Positions 1 to 9,623 of a stretch of 64,000 bases of DNA are shown piece by piece; within the stretch, counting starts at the first letter, position 1; each line of letters starts with the position of its first letter. Below the pieces are notes generated by a model. The model did not search any database. It worked only from the letters and a program-made list of their open reading frames with translations, and was not told where the DNA came from. The position numbers and the translations under genes were made by a program. Source of the stretch: Candidatus Bathyarchaeia archaeon (GTDB lineage Archaea; Thermoproteota; Bathyarchaeia; Bathyarchaeales; Bathycorpusculaceae); assembly GCA_038883775.1 (NCBI GenBank), contig JAVZLM010000008.1:1-64000 (forward strand). Reading direction: 5' to 3'.

Positions 1-840
1 CTTCGCCCTGCCCAGGGCTAGATCGCCCGGTTTCTAGTTTTCACAGCTGTGACTTCGGGCCCTTTCAGACCCCGCACCTCGCTGGGCAAGAACCCAGTTG
101 TGTGCGTGTTGGTTTCCCTGCGCTTTCGGGCTTTTAAACCCTTAAGCTTGCCACAGCTGTGAACTCCCCGGCCCGTGTTTCTAGACGGAACGTGCAACCC
201 TGGTCCCCCTCCTTCGTACTGCCGCCTCGCAGCGGTTTCCTTTTGGAGGGATCTACCCTTCCGGGCTGCACACGTCTGTAACCGTCTGGTTTCAGGCTCT
301 TTTCACCCCCCTTCCGGGGTACTTTTCAGTTTTCCGTCACCGTACTAGTGCGCTATCGGTCTTGAGGCGTATTTAGTCTTAGAAGTTAGTGTCTCCTAAC
401 TTCCCGCACCGAAACCGGGGTGTGGTACTCTGGGTTTCCAGCCCAGCTCCTTCTGGTTTATGCTTACGGGGCTTTCACCCTCTTTGGCGGGCCTTTCCAG
501 GCCACTTCAGCTTCGCCAGTGAGGAGGAGGCTGGACCCTTAACCTTACATCTCCCATAAGTTTCCTTATGGGATTCGATTTGGACTCCTCCCTTTTCGCT
601 CGCTGCTACTGGGGGAATCCCATTTTGGTTTCTTTTCCTCCCCCTACTAAGATGCTTCAGTTCGGGGGGTTCCCGCTCCCTTTTGGGAGCACCACGATCC
701 CCGAAGGAACCGTGGTAGGAAGTCCCATTCAGGAATCCTCGGTTCTAAGGCTGCATGCGCTTACCCGGGGCTCTTTCGCGGCTTGCCACGCCCTTCTTCG
801 GCGCTCAAGCCGAGCCATTCCCCAGACGGCGTAGCGTGTC
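1..840 (-). rRNA. rrl: 23S rRNA, 5' portion (continues beyond window start; 5' end approximate)
   Basis: The reverse complement reads as archaeal LSU rRNA domain I/II (e.g. GGGGAATGGCTCGGCTTG, GAACTGAAGCATCTTAGTA, GTGACGGAAAACTGAAAAGTACCCC). It is GC-rich against an AT-rich background. Confidence 0.95.
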
Positions 841-1098
841 GGGCTTTTGGTGGTATCTGTTTGACGTTTTGGGTGAATCACTAAGGCCTGTGCATGGTTT
901 CATCAATGAGCTTTATAGGCTCATTTAACCCTTCGCTCCCAATCATGTTGATGGGGAGCTGCATCATTTTCCAGACAGCGTTTGCTATATGGCTAAAATA
1001 TTTCTGAAGCGGTTTTCGGGGATATAAGTATTGCGTATGTATGTAATAAGTGTTTTTGATTATGAATTTAAGAGATAGATGCTTAATTATTTATTTTT

Positions 1099-1539
1099 AT
1101 GGGAAGAGGCTTGCTTAAGACACATCGGCTTATGGCTTCTGGTGGAGTGATTTTTCGAAAAGTTAATGATGAGTTTGGAGTGGCATTATGTTTTAAAAGG
1201 AGAGAAAAAGTTTGGTGTTTGCCGAAAGGTTTGATTGAGAAGGACGAATCTGCTGAAGAAACTGCTTTAAGGGAGGTTAAAGAAGAAACTGGATTGAATG
1301 GCGAAATAGTCGCAAAGATTGGGGAAATTCATTATAGCTTCTTTAGAGGGCAACAATATTTCAAAACTGTTCATTTCTACCTTCTCAAATATGTTAGCGG
1401 TTTCCTAAGCGATCATAGTATTGAAGTGGAGGATGTTAGATGGTTCAAGCTTTCAGAGGCACTTAGAGTTCTAGCCTATGCTAAAGAGAAAAGAATTTTG
1501 AAAAAAGCTGAGAAAATGCTAAAAACAGCATCTCTTTAA
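1099..1539 (+). CDS. NUDIX hydrolase (Ap4A hydrolase-like)
   Basis: Nudix box GLIEKDESAEETALREVKEETGL. Confidence 0.9.
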   Translation: MGRGLLKTHRLMASGGVIFRKVNDEFGVALCFKRREKVWCLPKGLIEKDESAEETALREVKEETGLNGEIVAKIGEIHYSFFRGQQYFKTVHFYLLKYVSGFLSDHSIEVEDVRWFKLSEALRVLAYAKEKRILKKAEKMLKTASL

Positions 1540-1593
1540 TTTAGTTGGCTAATATTTTTATTTTTGTTGTTAAGTATTGCCTATTGCGCATGT

Positions 1594-1667
1594 GCCTCGG
1601 TAGCTCAGCCTGGTAGAGCAACGGCCTTGTAAGCCGTAGGTCGCGGGATCGATGCCCGCCCGAGGCT
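1594..1667 (+). tRNA. tRNA-Thr(TGT)
   Basis: Cloverleaf GCCTCGG...CCGAGGC; anticodon arm ACGGC-CT-TGT-AA-GCCGT; T-loop is ATCGATG. Confidence 0.93.
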
Positions 1668-1668
1668 T

Positions 1669-3102
1669 TCATAACATTTTTGCTAAATTGTCCAAGATAG
1701 CCACGTAGGATTTTTCAAGAGTTATTAATCCGCCTGTGGGGCCTCCTTCTCCTACGACTATGTACTCGTTTGGAGCGTGGGCTCTTGCGCCGTGGCCTAA
1801 TCCGCCCATGACGAATGGTAGGTTTAATGGTTCACGGTTGAACATGCAGAAGGGGGCGCTTCCAGCCATATGGGGCCATATTTCCGGTTCGTAGCCGAAT
1901 TCGCGGTAAGTTTTTAATATGGCTTGGGCTGCTGGTTCTTTTATGCTTGTTTTAGCCCAGCCGTAGCCTTCTTCAAGTTCTACAATTTTTATTTCTTTGA
2001 AACCGTGCTTGTCTAGGTGTTTCTTTATTTTTGGGATAACTTCTTCCACGGTCATGTTTGGAACAAGTCGCACATCAACTTTTGCCGTTATCTTGTATGG
2101 CAGAACTGTTTTTGTTCCAGGTCCAATGTAACCACCCAATATTCCGTCTATGTTTAGGGTTGGCGAGTAAAGATATTTTAGTAAAGCCTCTTTTCCATGA
2201 ACATCATTTATAAATCGTTTAACTTTCATTTCATCTTTGATTGCTTCTTCATCAAAGGTTTTTTCAAGTTTCTCTAAAAGCTCTAAATCCTCTTTGCTTG
2301 GAGGAATAACATTATCATAGAAGCCTTCAACCAGAACTTTGTTGCCATCCTTCGTTGTGAATGTGCTTAGGGCTTGTATCATGCGCCATGCTGGGCTGTC
2401 CACCCAAGCCTTGTTGCTGCCGTGAATGTCAAATTCTGTTGGTCCATAACCCCAAGTTTTTCCATCAAGTTCCAATTCGAAATAAACTATTCCCTTAACG
2501 CCCAAGGTCATTTGCACTTTGCCTTTTTGGTCTTGATCAGCTGTTGGGAAGAAAACGGCGTCAGCCTCCTTTAGCTTGTCTAAGTATTTGTTTATGAATT
2601 CTGGTAGGTGACGGCTTCCAAGTTCTTCTTCTCCTTCAGCCACAAAAATCATGTTTGTTGGAATTTTCTCGCCTGCGGCCTTTATAGATTCACAAGCGTT
2701 AACGAAAGCTCCAAGCTCGCCCTTGGTGTTTATGGCTCCCCTTGCCACAAGGCATTTGCCAAAAGGCTCCATCTCAATAACCCGTCCCTCTAAAGGAGGA
2801 ACGCTCCATCCTGGCTCGTCTACTGGTTGTGTATCATACATGAAGTAAACGATTATTGTTTTTTCTGCATCAGCGTCATAATATCCATATACCACGGGGT
2901 TGCCAGAAGTTTCAACAAGTCTTGTATCTTGACAGCCCAAATCCTTTAGATAGCGTTTAACAAGTTCTGCACATTCGCGGATGCCGCAGTTTTCAGCGGA
3001 TATGGAAGGTTGTCTAACGAGTTCTTGTAAACGGCTGAGATGTTCTTCGAAATGATTTTCGATGTATTTGAAAACTTTATCTCTATTCATTATGGTCACC
3101 AT
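1669..3102 (-). CDS. M20/M25/M40 family metallopeptidase
   Basis: YDTQP, ARGA, EGEEE-GS, AHAPNE motifs. Confidence 0.9.
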   Translation of the reverse strand: MVTIMNRDKVFKYIENHFEEHLSRLQELVRQPSISAENCGIRECAELVKRYLKDLGCQDTRLVETSGNPVVYGYYDADAEKTIIVYFMYDTQPVDEPGWSVPPLEGRVIEMEPFGKCLVARGAINTKGELGAFVNACESIKAAGEKIPTNMIFVAEGEEELGSRHLPEFINKYLDKLKEADAVFFPTADQDQKGKVQMTLGVKGIVYFELELDGKTWGYGPTEFDIHGSNKAWVDSPAWRMIQALSTFTTKDGNKVLVEGFYDNVIPPSKEDLELLEKLEKTFDEEAIKDEMKVKRFINDVHGKEALLKYLYSPTLNIDGILGGYIGPGTKTVLPYKITAKVDVRLVPNMTVEEVIPKIKKHLDKHGFKEIKIVELEEGYGWAKTSIKEPAAQAILKTYREFGYEPEIWPHMAGSAPFCMFNREPLNLPFVMGGLGHGARAHAPNEYIVVGEGGPTGGLITLEKSYVAILDNLAKML

Positions 3103-3214
3103 TTTAGTACTCTTTTATTGTGATTGAAAATTAATAATTTTCTAAAATGATCCATGCTTCTGGATAATTTATATATGCATAAAAACAATGTGAAATAAGA
3201 GAGGGAAAGCGTTC

Positions 3215-3913
3215 TTGCCCCTTGAGGATATCCTAATCTATGCAATAATTGTTTTAGGGGCACTTATTGCATGTTCAATAGTCATTTATGCCATGAGAAA
3301 AAAGGAAAAGAAAAAAGAAAAAGTTGGGGAGGAAGAAAAGTTAAAGGTTGACTTTGGAGGTTTACCATTTAAGATAACAAAAAGCGTATCGCCCGACGAG
3401 GCAGCAAGAGCAAAAGAAGAGCTTAGAATTCTTAGTTTGGAAAGAGAAATTTTAAGCGATGCCATTCGACGCCTTTACGAAGCCCATGCGGAAGGAAAAA
3501 TAACAGAGGAAGAAAGAGAAAGACTTGCCCAAACATACAAAGATAGGATGGTGACAGTGAAAGAAGCCATTTCAAAAGATGAGCATCTTGTGGCTTTACA
3601 TGAGCTCGAAGACATGCAAGAAGACTTGCTAAAACTTTTCAGCGAACGCTTCGACGAGTTAAGCGGAAAAATTGAGGAACTACGCTCAAAAGTTGAGGCT
3701 AAATCACTAAAAGAAATAACCATATCCACGCCAAAGGTGGAAGCAGTCACTAAACCAGAAGAAAAACCTGAGGGGGAAGAAAAAGCTAAGAGAAAGAGAA
3801 AACCAGCCGCCAAGCCAAGTCCAAGAACCGAAGCAGAGAAAAGAATAGAAGAAATAAGAGCTGAAGTAGAAAAAGTTTTGGAAAGGTTGGGACAGATGGA
3901 AATTGAAACCTAA
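3215..3913 (+). CDS. Membrane-anchored coiled-coil hypothetical protein
   Basis: N-terminal TM helix and E/K-rich heptads; overlaps the rpiA start. Confidence 0.7.
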   Translation: MPLEDILIYAIIVLGALIACSIVIYAMRKKEKKKEKVGEEEKLKVDFGGLPFKITKSVSPDEAARAKEELRILSLEREILSDAIRRLYEAHAEGKITEEERERLAQTYKDRMVTVKEAISKDEHLVALHELEDMQEDLLKLFSERFDELSGKIEELRSKVEAKSLKEITISTPKVEAVTKPEEKPEGEEKAKRKRKPAAKPSPRTEAEKRIEEIRAEVEKVLERLGQMEIET

Positions 3914-4631
3914 AAAAGAATTGGTTGAACAAGCAAAAAAGAGAGCTGCTTTAGAAGCGGTTAAACACGTTGAGGATGGCTTTGTTGTCGGCTTAGGAAG
4001 CGGAAGTACAGCAGCCTATGCCATTAAAGAAATAGGAGATAGAATAAAACGCGAAAAGCTTCGCGTTTTAGGTATTCCAACGTCATATCAAGCGTTCATG
4101 TTAGCGATCAAATGCGGTATTCCAATAACAACTTTAGAAGAACATCCAACAATAGATTTGACGATAGACGGGGCAGACCAGATAGATCAGAAACTAAACT
4201 TAATCAAGGGCATGGGCGGAGCCTTAACCCGCGAGAAAATTGTGGCTTTTGCTTCTAAAAAATTCATTGTGGTAGCTGACGAAAGCAAAAAAGTTAAGAT
4301 TTTAGGAGAAAACAACCATCCAGTGCCAATTGAAGTTTTGCCTTTTGCCGTGCCAGTCTTAATAAAGAAAATAAAAGAGCAAGGTGGAAAAATAAATTTA
4401 AGAGAAAGTGTAGGAAAAGTTGGACCATTGATAACCGACAATGGCAATTTCATTATAGACGCAGACTTGGGACTTATACGAGACCCTGAAAAGCTGGAAC
4501 ATAAATTAAAAAGACTCCCGGGGGTTATTGAAACTGGACTTTTTATTAAAATGGTTGATGTGGTCTATCTTGGAACCTCTACCATGGTGGAAAAGATAGA
4601 GAAGAAAAATGCTAAAGCTTATGTATCTTAG
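3903..4631 (+). CDS. rpiA: Ribose-5-phosphate isomerase A
   Basis: GLGSGST, DGADQ, KGMGGALTREK, TDNGN motifs. Confidence 0.97.
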   Translation: MKPKKELVEQAKKRAALEAVKHVEDGFVVGLGSGSTAAYAIKEIGDRIKREKLRVLGIPTSYQAFMLAIKCGIPITTLEEHPTIDLTIDGADQIDQKLNLIKGMGGALTREKIVAFASKKFIVVADESKKVKILGENNHPVPIEVLPFAVPVLIKKIKEQGGKINLRESVGKVGPLITDNGNFIIDADLGLIRDPEKLEHKLKRLPGVIETGLFIKMVDVVYLGTSTMVEKIEKKNAKAYVS

Positions 4632-4655
4632 GTCGCAAACTCTTCTTGAACATTC

Positions 4656-5027
4656 ATGAGCGAACAAAAATTAAAGAAGATTGATAAAAACAAGTTGCCT
4701 CTAATATACAGACTAATTTTAAAGGTGCCTGGGTCAGATTTTATCCAAAGCATTTCTTCTGGTATTTTTTGGAGTATAGTAGTACCAATATTTTTGTTGC
4801 TAGATTTTTTCTTGAACTTTTTTTTGCTCCTTCTCTTTCCCTTTCCAATAAATATACTTCTAACATTAATAATTCCAGTTGCAGTCTTGATGATATTTCT
4901 TAGAATTAATCTTGAAAGATTCATCGACTGGTGGAACTTTAACATCGGAGATTCCTTTGAATGGAATGTCGAAGAGTCCTTGAATGAGTATTTAGCTATA
5001 TTAAAGCAGAAAGAGAAAAAGAATTAA
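4656..5027 (+). CDS. Hypothetical membrane protein
   Basis: Two hydrophobic segments; co-oriented with rpiA. Confidence 0.6.
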   Translation: MSEQKLKKIDKNKLPLIYRLILKVPGSDFIQSISSGIFWSIVVPIFLLLDFFLNFFLLLLFPFPINILLTLIIPVAVLMIFLRINLERFIDWWNFNIGDSFEWNVEESLNEYLAILKQKEKKN

Positions 5028-5254
5028 ACTTAAACAAAAGTATCAAAACTGGGGATAGCCATTCGCATTTTAAATTAAAAGGTTTCGAGTATGTTCGGTT
5101 TTTGGGTAAATAATTGATAATTTTAAATTGATTCAGATATAATGTGTGAGATCGAGATGTACTTAAGACAGATTTTAAATAAGTATGCCAAAAGGATGAC
5201 TTAATGTTTTTTAGGAAGCGCATATGAAAATGTATCGGAGTAATCCGAAAAGTA

Positions 5255-5359
5255 GCCGGGGTAGCCTAGCCTGGAATGGGCGCCAGACTCATAATCTGGA
5301 GAGAAAAGGGACCAAACGCCCTAACCCAGAGGTCGCGGGCTCGAATCCCGCCCCCGGCA
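5255..5359 (+). tRNA. tRNA-Met(CAT), elongator type, with a 30-nt intron (5302-5331) at about position 45/46
   Basis: GCCGGGG...CCCCGGC acceptor and CCAGA-CT-CAT-AA-TCTGG arm. Removing 5302-5331 restores an AGGTC variable loop. Confidence 0.88.
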
Positions 5360-5399
5360 CTAAAGCAACTTTTTTAAGCCGTGACCCTTATTTTAGAGT

Positions 5400-6020
5400 A
5401 TGAAAATTTTGGGGATATGCGCTTCTCATAGAAAAAGTGGTGGTACTTATCGTTTGCTTGAAGAGGCGATGAAAGGGGCTAAGGAAGAAAATCAAACTGT
5501 TGATACGGAGATTATCGAATTGGCTGGATTAAAGATTAGTCCGTGCATAGCCACTTGCGCCTATGATGAAACAGCTGGTTGTGCCAAGCAACCTTTTGAG
5601 TGCAACTTGAAAGACGATCTTCAGCTGGTTTTTGAGGAGATAAAACAGGCAAACGGTATTTTGCTTGCTTCTCCTCGCTATTTTATTGTGCCTTCAAAGT
5701 TGCAAGCTTTAATTGAGAGGCTTTACTGTGTAACCTACTGAATTCGATGGAAAAATCCCTCAATGGTTTCTCCCCTAATAAACAAGCCTTTTGGCATTAT
5801 CACCACATCATCTTCAGACGCTTACAGTGCCATACCACTTCAAGAGCATTTGGAAGAGTTCTGCTTATGGCTCCAAATGACCCTCGTGACCATAAAAAAG
5901 TGGCCATTTAGAGGAGTGCATGGACAATTCCCAGTTTCAGAAGATAAACGGGCTCTCGAACTTGCAAGGCAGCTTGGTCGAGACATTGTAAAGGCAGCCG
6001 ACAAAGGAACATTAAGTTAA
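5400..6020 (+). pseudogene. Flavodoxin / iron-sulfur flavoprotein (NADPH-dependent FMN reductase family) interrupted by an in-frame TGA at 5739-5741
   Basis: ASHRKSGGT, Cys cluster, LASPRYF. ORFs 5400-5741 and 5763-6020 are in the same frame, separated by one TGA. Confidence 0.8.
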
Positions 6021-6059
6021 AGGATGAATACCATTGTAGACGCTAAAAAGCATAGTCTA

Positions 6060-6473
6060 TTATGTCGTTTTTGTTTTCAAATTTTTCCATGCAACTGCAA
6101 GAGGTGCTAGCAGCGTCCAGCCTATAAGGATTCCGATGAGGGCGTGAACTAATATGTTTTGGGCGAAGAGTATGTTGGTTGCAAATCCTATACAGAAAGA
6201 GGCTATGCCAAAATATGCTCCTTCTTTTCGTGAGTACCATAATAGGTATGTGGAAGCAAGCGATAAAATGGCGCTTATTAACATCAAGATTCCCCAAGGA
6301 GGAAGCTGGGCAGTCCATCTTATAATATGTCCATGAAAATATTCGCCAACAATTCCCTTCAGAATTGAAACGTTACTAGTAAAGGCTAACAACCATGAAG
6401 TGAACCCTAGGAAACTGATGACCGCATAAATTGAAAATTGCACTATGATAAGTTTATTTAAGGCATCTTTCAT
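6060..6473 (-). CDS. Hypothetical membrane protein
   Basis: About four hydrophobic helices. Confidence 0.6.
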   Translation of the reverse strand: MKDALNKLIIVQFSIYAVISFLGFTSWLLAFTSNVSILKGIVGEYFHGHIIRWTAQLPPWGILMLISAILSLASTYLLWYSRKEGAYFGIASFCIGFATNILFAQNILVHALIGILIGWTLLAPLAVAWKNLKTKTT

Positions 6474-6524
6474 GGAGACGTTTCTCCAAACGTTGGCTTC
6501 AGAATAATTAATCAGCGATTATGT

Positions 6525-7694
6525 TTAATTTTTGTCTTTCGGAAGGATTTCGATTGATGTTGTGGTTCTTGTTGATATTTCCAGCTGGTCTCCGAAGCCT
6601 CTTTTTACATAAGCGTTTTTTATTGTTATTTTATCACCTATTTTTAGGTTTGCGGCTGTTTCTGCGTGCTTTCGCCATGCTGAAACCCATATTGTTCCAG
6701 TTTCATCCTTCAACTCGAAAACTGCAAGTTTTACAACATTGCCTTCTGATGTTTTTACGTTTCTTAGCATGGGTTTTGTGGCAACTATTCCTTCAACGTT
6801 AACATTGTTTAAGCTTTCTTTCAAATCGGCTATTTGGAGAAAATCTGGTTTGGACTCTAATGCTTCAACATAAGTTCCAGTGCCAACGTGAATTTCTAAG
6901 CCTTCATTTGCCGCCTTCTTTACTTTAGCATTTACTATTTGCAATTTAATGCCTTTTCTAAGCTTTTTATCTAACTCGTCCACTTTTTCGTTCCAAACCA
7001 CAACTGGTAATTCGCCTGTGGCATCTGAAAGAACAAACCGCTGTACTTTTCCACTGCTTGAATCTTTTCTTTTGAAAGTGGCTACTGGAAAAACTTCTTT
7101 AACTGTGCCTATTAGATGTAAATTTTTGTTCGTATACGCTTTGGTTATTTCCTTAATTCTAATTGCGAATTTGCTTATGTCAGGAAAATCTTTCTCATTT
7201 ACATCTTGAGGGTTAATTTGAACATCACTTTTATCTCCAACGTGCAACTCAACTTTTCCATCTCGATTTTCTTTTGTGTAACCGTGAGAAAAACGTATTA
7301 TTTGTCCAGTCTTTAACGTTCCAGAATCTATAAGGCTGGTTTTATCATTCCACACAACAACTCGCAACATCCCACTTTTGTCAGCGATAAGCAGACTCGC
7401 AAATTTTCCGTCTTCAGCCTTAAAAGTTTTAGATGGGAAAACTGCAACAACCCGACCGACAATATTTATATCATTCAGACTTGGAATTAAGTTGCCTATT
7501 AAAAGTGTAGGCGCTAGAAACTCTTTGTGAGAGATTTCTATGCCAAGTTCGGTTGCAATCATTCGTAGAAGACTTTCGTCTGAAATGAAACTAGCCGTTT
7601 TTTCTCGCTCCCTCTCCAACCTTTCTATAAGCTCTTTCCTAGAAATTTCTGGACGCTTGGAAAGTATATGTTCAATTAGCTTTTCAATGGACAT
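6525..7694 (-). CDS. Replication protein A-like ssDNA-binding protein (3 OB folds)
   Basis: Three repeats of D-x-T/S-G-x-x-x-V-x-x-W OB motif after an N-terminal helical domain. Confidence 0.9.
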   Translation of the reverse strand: MSIEKLIEHILSKRPEISRKELIERLEREREKTASFISDESLLRMIATELGIEISHKEFLAPTLLIGNLIPSLNDINIVGRVVAVFPSKTFKAEDGKFASLLIADKSGMLRVVVWNDKTSLIDSGTLKTGQIIRFSHGYTKENRDGKVELHVGDKSDVQINPQDVNEKDFPDISKFAIRIKEITKAYTNKNLHLIGTVKEVFPVATFKRKDSSSGKVQRFVLSDATGELPVVVWNEKVDELDKKLRKGIKLQIVNAKVKKAANEGLEIHVGTGTYVEALESKPDFLQIADLKESLNNVNVEGIVATKPMLRNVKTSEGNVVKLAVFELKDETGTIWVSAWRKHAETAANLKIGDKITIKNAYVKRGFGDQLEISTRTTTSIEILPKDKN

Positions 7695-7771
7695 CTTCAG
7701 TCACAATGCTGTTGAACGATAAAAAATTGGATGTTATAAAGTTTATTAAATGCTCTTTCTCAGTCTTATAA

Positions 7772-8047
7772 TTGTGTAAGAGGATGAGTGCGCAAACAAT
7801 TTATAGCTTAGGCATAGCCTTAATCTTTGCTGGAATGCTCATTGTTTTATTAGCTTTTCTTCTACTTTTCTATTCTAGCACAAAGGAAACTGGAAAAATT
7901 AAGGGTGGCGGAGCCTTGATTATTGGACCTTTCCCAATAATTTTTGGAACAGACAAAGAATCAGTTAAAACGGTTTTAATTCTCTCCATAATTTTAATGG
8001 TGCTGCTTATAGCGGCAACGGTTATTTTATATCTATTGCTCAGGTGA
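7772..8047 (+). CDS. DUF131/TIGR00304 family membrane protein
   Basis: GGGALIIGPFPIIFGTD motif. Confidence 0.85.
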   Translation: MCKRMSAQTIYSLGIALIFAGMLIVLLAFLLLFYSSTKETGKIKGGGALIIGPFPIIFGTDKESVKTVLILSIILMVLLIAATVILYLLLR

Positions 8048-8048
8048 G

Positions 8049-8354
8049 ATGAGGATGGTTGAGAAGGAAAAAACTGCGGAAAGCCCAAGCACCGGACAAC
8101 AAAAATTCTTAATGTTATTCATTATAGGATTTTTTATAATCTTCTTAGGTATAATAATCTTGATTATCGCCTCACTGGTTTATAGTGAGAGTTCCGTAAA
8201 TTTTGGCGGTGTCATATTCCTATGGTTCATCCCAATAGTTTTTGGTTCGGGTCCAGAAGCGCATTGGATAGTTTTGTTTGCCATAATTCTTGCATTTTTA
8301 GGCGTAGCAATGTTTCTAATAATGCGCCGTGAAATTAAAAAGGTGAAGGATTAA
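8049..8354 (+). CDS. DUF131 family membrane protein (second copy)
   Basis: FGGVIFLWFIPIVFGSG motif. Confidence 0.75.
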   Translation: MRMVEKEKTAESPSTGQQKFLMLFIIGFFIIFLGIIILIIASLVYSESSVNFGGVIFLWFIPIVFGSGPEAHWIVLFAIILAFLGVAMFLIMRREIKKVKD

Positions 8355-8360
8355 GCTTTC

Positions 8361-8477
8361 TTAGCTTGCCTTTTCCTCTTTACCGTAAAAGGCGTAGAGA
8401 AAGATTAATACTAATGCAATGAAAGTTGCTGTCATGAGAATATATTTGAGCACTTCAAAGTAGGCTCCTATGTCCAT
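8361..8477 (-). CDS. Small single-TM protein (38 aa, not in ORF track)
   Basis: MDIGAYFEVLKYILMTATFIALVLIFLYAFYGKEEKAS; GGAGA Shine-Dalgarno upstream. Confidence 0.55.
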   Translation of the reverse strand: MDIGAYFEVLKYILMTATFIALVLIFLYAFYGKEEKAS

Positions 8478-8518
8478 GAAACATCTCCTTTTACCCTTTT
8501 ATTTAGAATCTAAATATT

Positions 8519-8929
8519 TTAATGTGTTGGTTTTTTCCACTCCTCCATAAGGGAATCATAAAGTTCATCATGCTCTTCTATGGTTTCATACCATCCTAAA
8601 ATGTTGGCCAATTTTTGGGCGAGAAGATGATAACATAAATGTATCTCCTTGTCTAAAACACGAAAATAAAAGTCATCACATGAACAAAATTCAGCTTCTG
8701 GCATTAATAGATAATCACGTTCTTTTCCCACAACAATCCAAACAGTTCTACCACTTGGTTTAAAATTATACTTTTTTACGCGTCCTTCTTTTAAAGCTTC
8801 GAAAGCTTTTGTAAATCTTTGACCAAAGATTTCGTAAAGTTTTGTTAGGTTTTTGCCTGTTAGTCTACCCTCTTTCTTAGCTTCTCTGCAGACTGCGTTT
8901 ATTATGTCAATTTCTGAATTTTCATCCAT
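8519..8929 (-). CDS. SWIM zinc finger protein
   Basis: CSCDDF...CYH motif. Confidence 0.85.
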   Translation of the reverse strand: MDENSEIDIINAVCREAKKEGRLTGKNLTKLYEIFGQRFTKAFEALKEGRVKKYNFKPSGRTVWIVVGKERDYLLMPEAEFCSCDDFYFRVLDKEIHLCYHLLAQKLANILGWYETIEEHDELYDSLMEEWKKPTH

Positions 8930-8973
8930 ATACGCACAAGCTGTTCACGAAATGAAAGTGGGATGATGGACTG

Positions 8974-9567
8974 TTAGTCTATGCTTATGGGTTCGCCCTT
9001 TGGTTTCTTTTCCTCTTTGATTTTTGGGAGGGTAATTTCTAAAACTCCATTTTTATATTGTGTTTTGGCTTCTTTCACTTTTACTTTGGCTGGCAATGTT
9101 ATCTCTTTATAATATTTGCGTTGGGGAGTATCAACAGAAATTGTTAAGGATTCCTCTGTCCCGTGAAGTTTTATATCATTTTTCTCCACGCCAGGCAGTT
9201 CCGCGACAATGTGAATTTCGCCATCAGTTTCGATAACATCCACAAGGGGTTCACGTTCTTCCTTAACTTGGGGTCCGAGGCGGCTTGGTTTGACGTTCCC
9301 AAACTCATGAATTTCAGGTTTTCCATCGGGGCCTATTTTTACGCTGTAACCATATACGAAGGGGCCCCATTCACGGACGGTTGTGCCGTCTGGAAGTTTT
9401 CTTTCCCTAACGTAGTCTTTTGGAACTCGAGACGTGAAGGTTTTGAATTCCTCCTCCATCATCTTCTCGATTTCACGGAACATCTTATCCATATCCTCAA
9501 AGAACCAGCTTCTGAAGAAGGGATAGCGTCTCCTTCTAAACCATTCTGGAAAATCTTCTGATGACAT
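8974..9567 (-). CDS. Small heat shock protein (Hsp20/alpha-crystallin)
   Basis: REPLVDV, AELPGV, YKNGVLEITLPK. Confidence 0.95.
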   Translation of the reverse strand: MSSEDFPEWFRRRRYPFFRSWFFEDMDKMFREIEKMMEEEFKTFTSRVPKDYVRERKLPDGTTVREWGPFVYGYSVKIGPDGKPEIHEFGNVKPSRLGPQVKEEREPLVDVIETDGEIHIVAELPGVEKNDIKLHGTEESLTISVDTPQRKYYKEITLPAKVKVKEAKTQYKNGVLEITLPKIKEEKKPKGEPISID

Positions 9568-9623
9568 AACTTTTCACCTTGTATGTGTGAATAATGTCAT
9601 ATCTATAAATTTTGTGCTAAAAT

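Noticed and set aside
568-834. 88-aa ORF on the plus strand
   Set aside because: It is antisense to 23S rRNA and is a spurious ORF.
5739-5741. Genome-wide TGA reassignment
   Set aside because: Many intact genes in the window end in TGA (e.g. the M20 peptidase, nurA, hicB).
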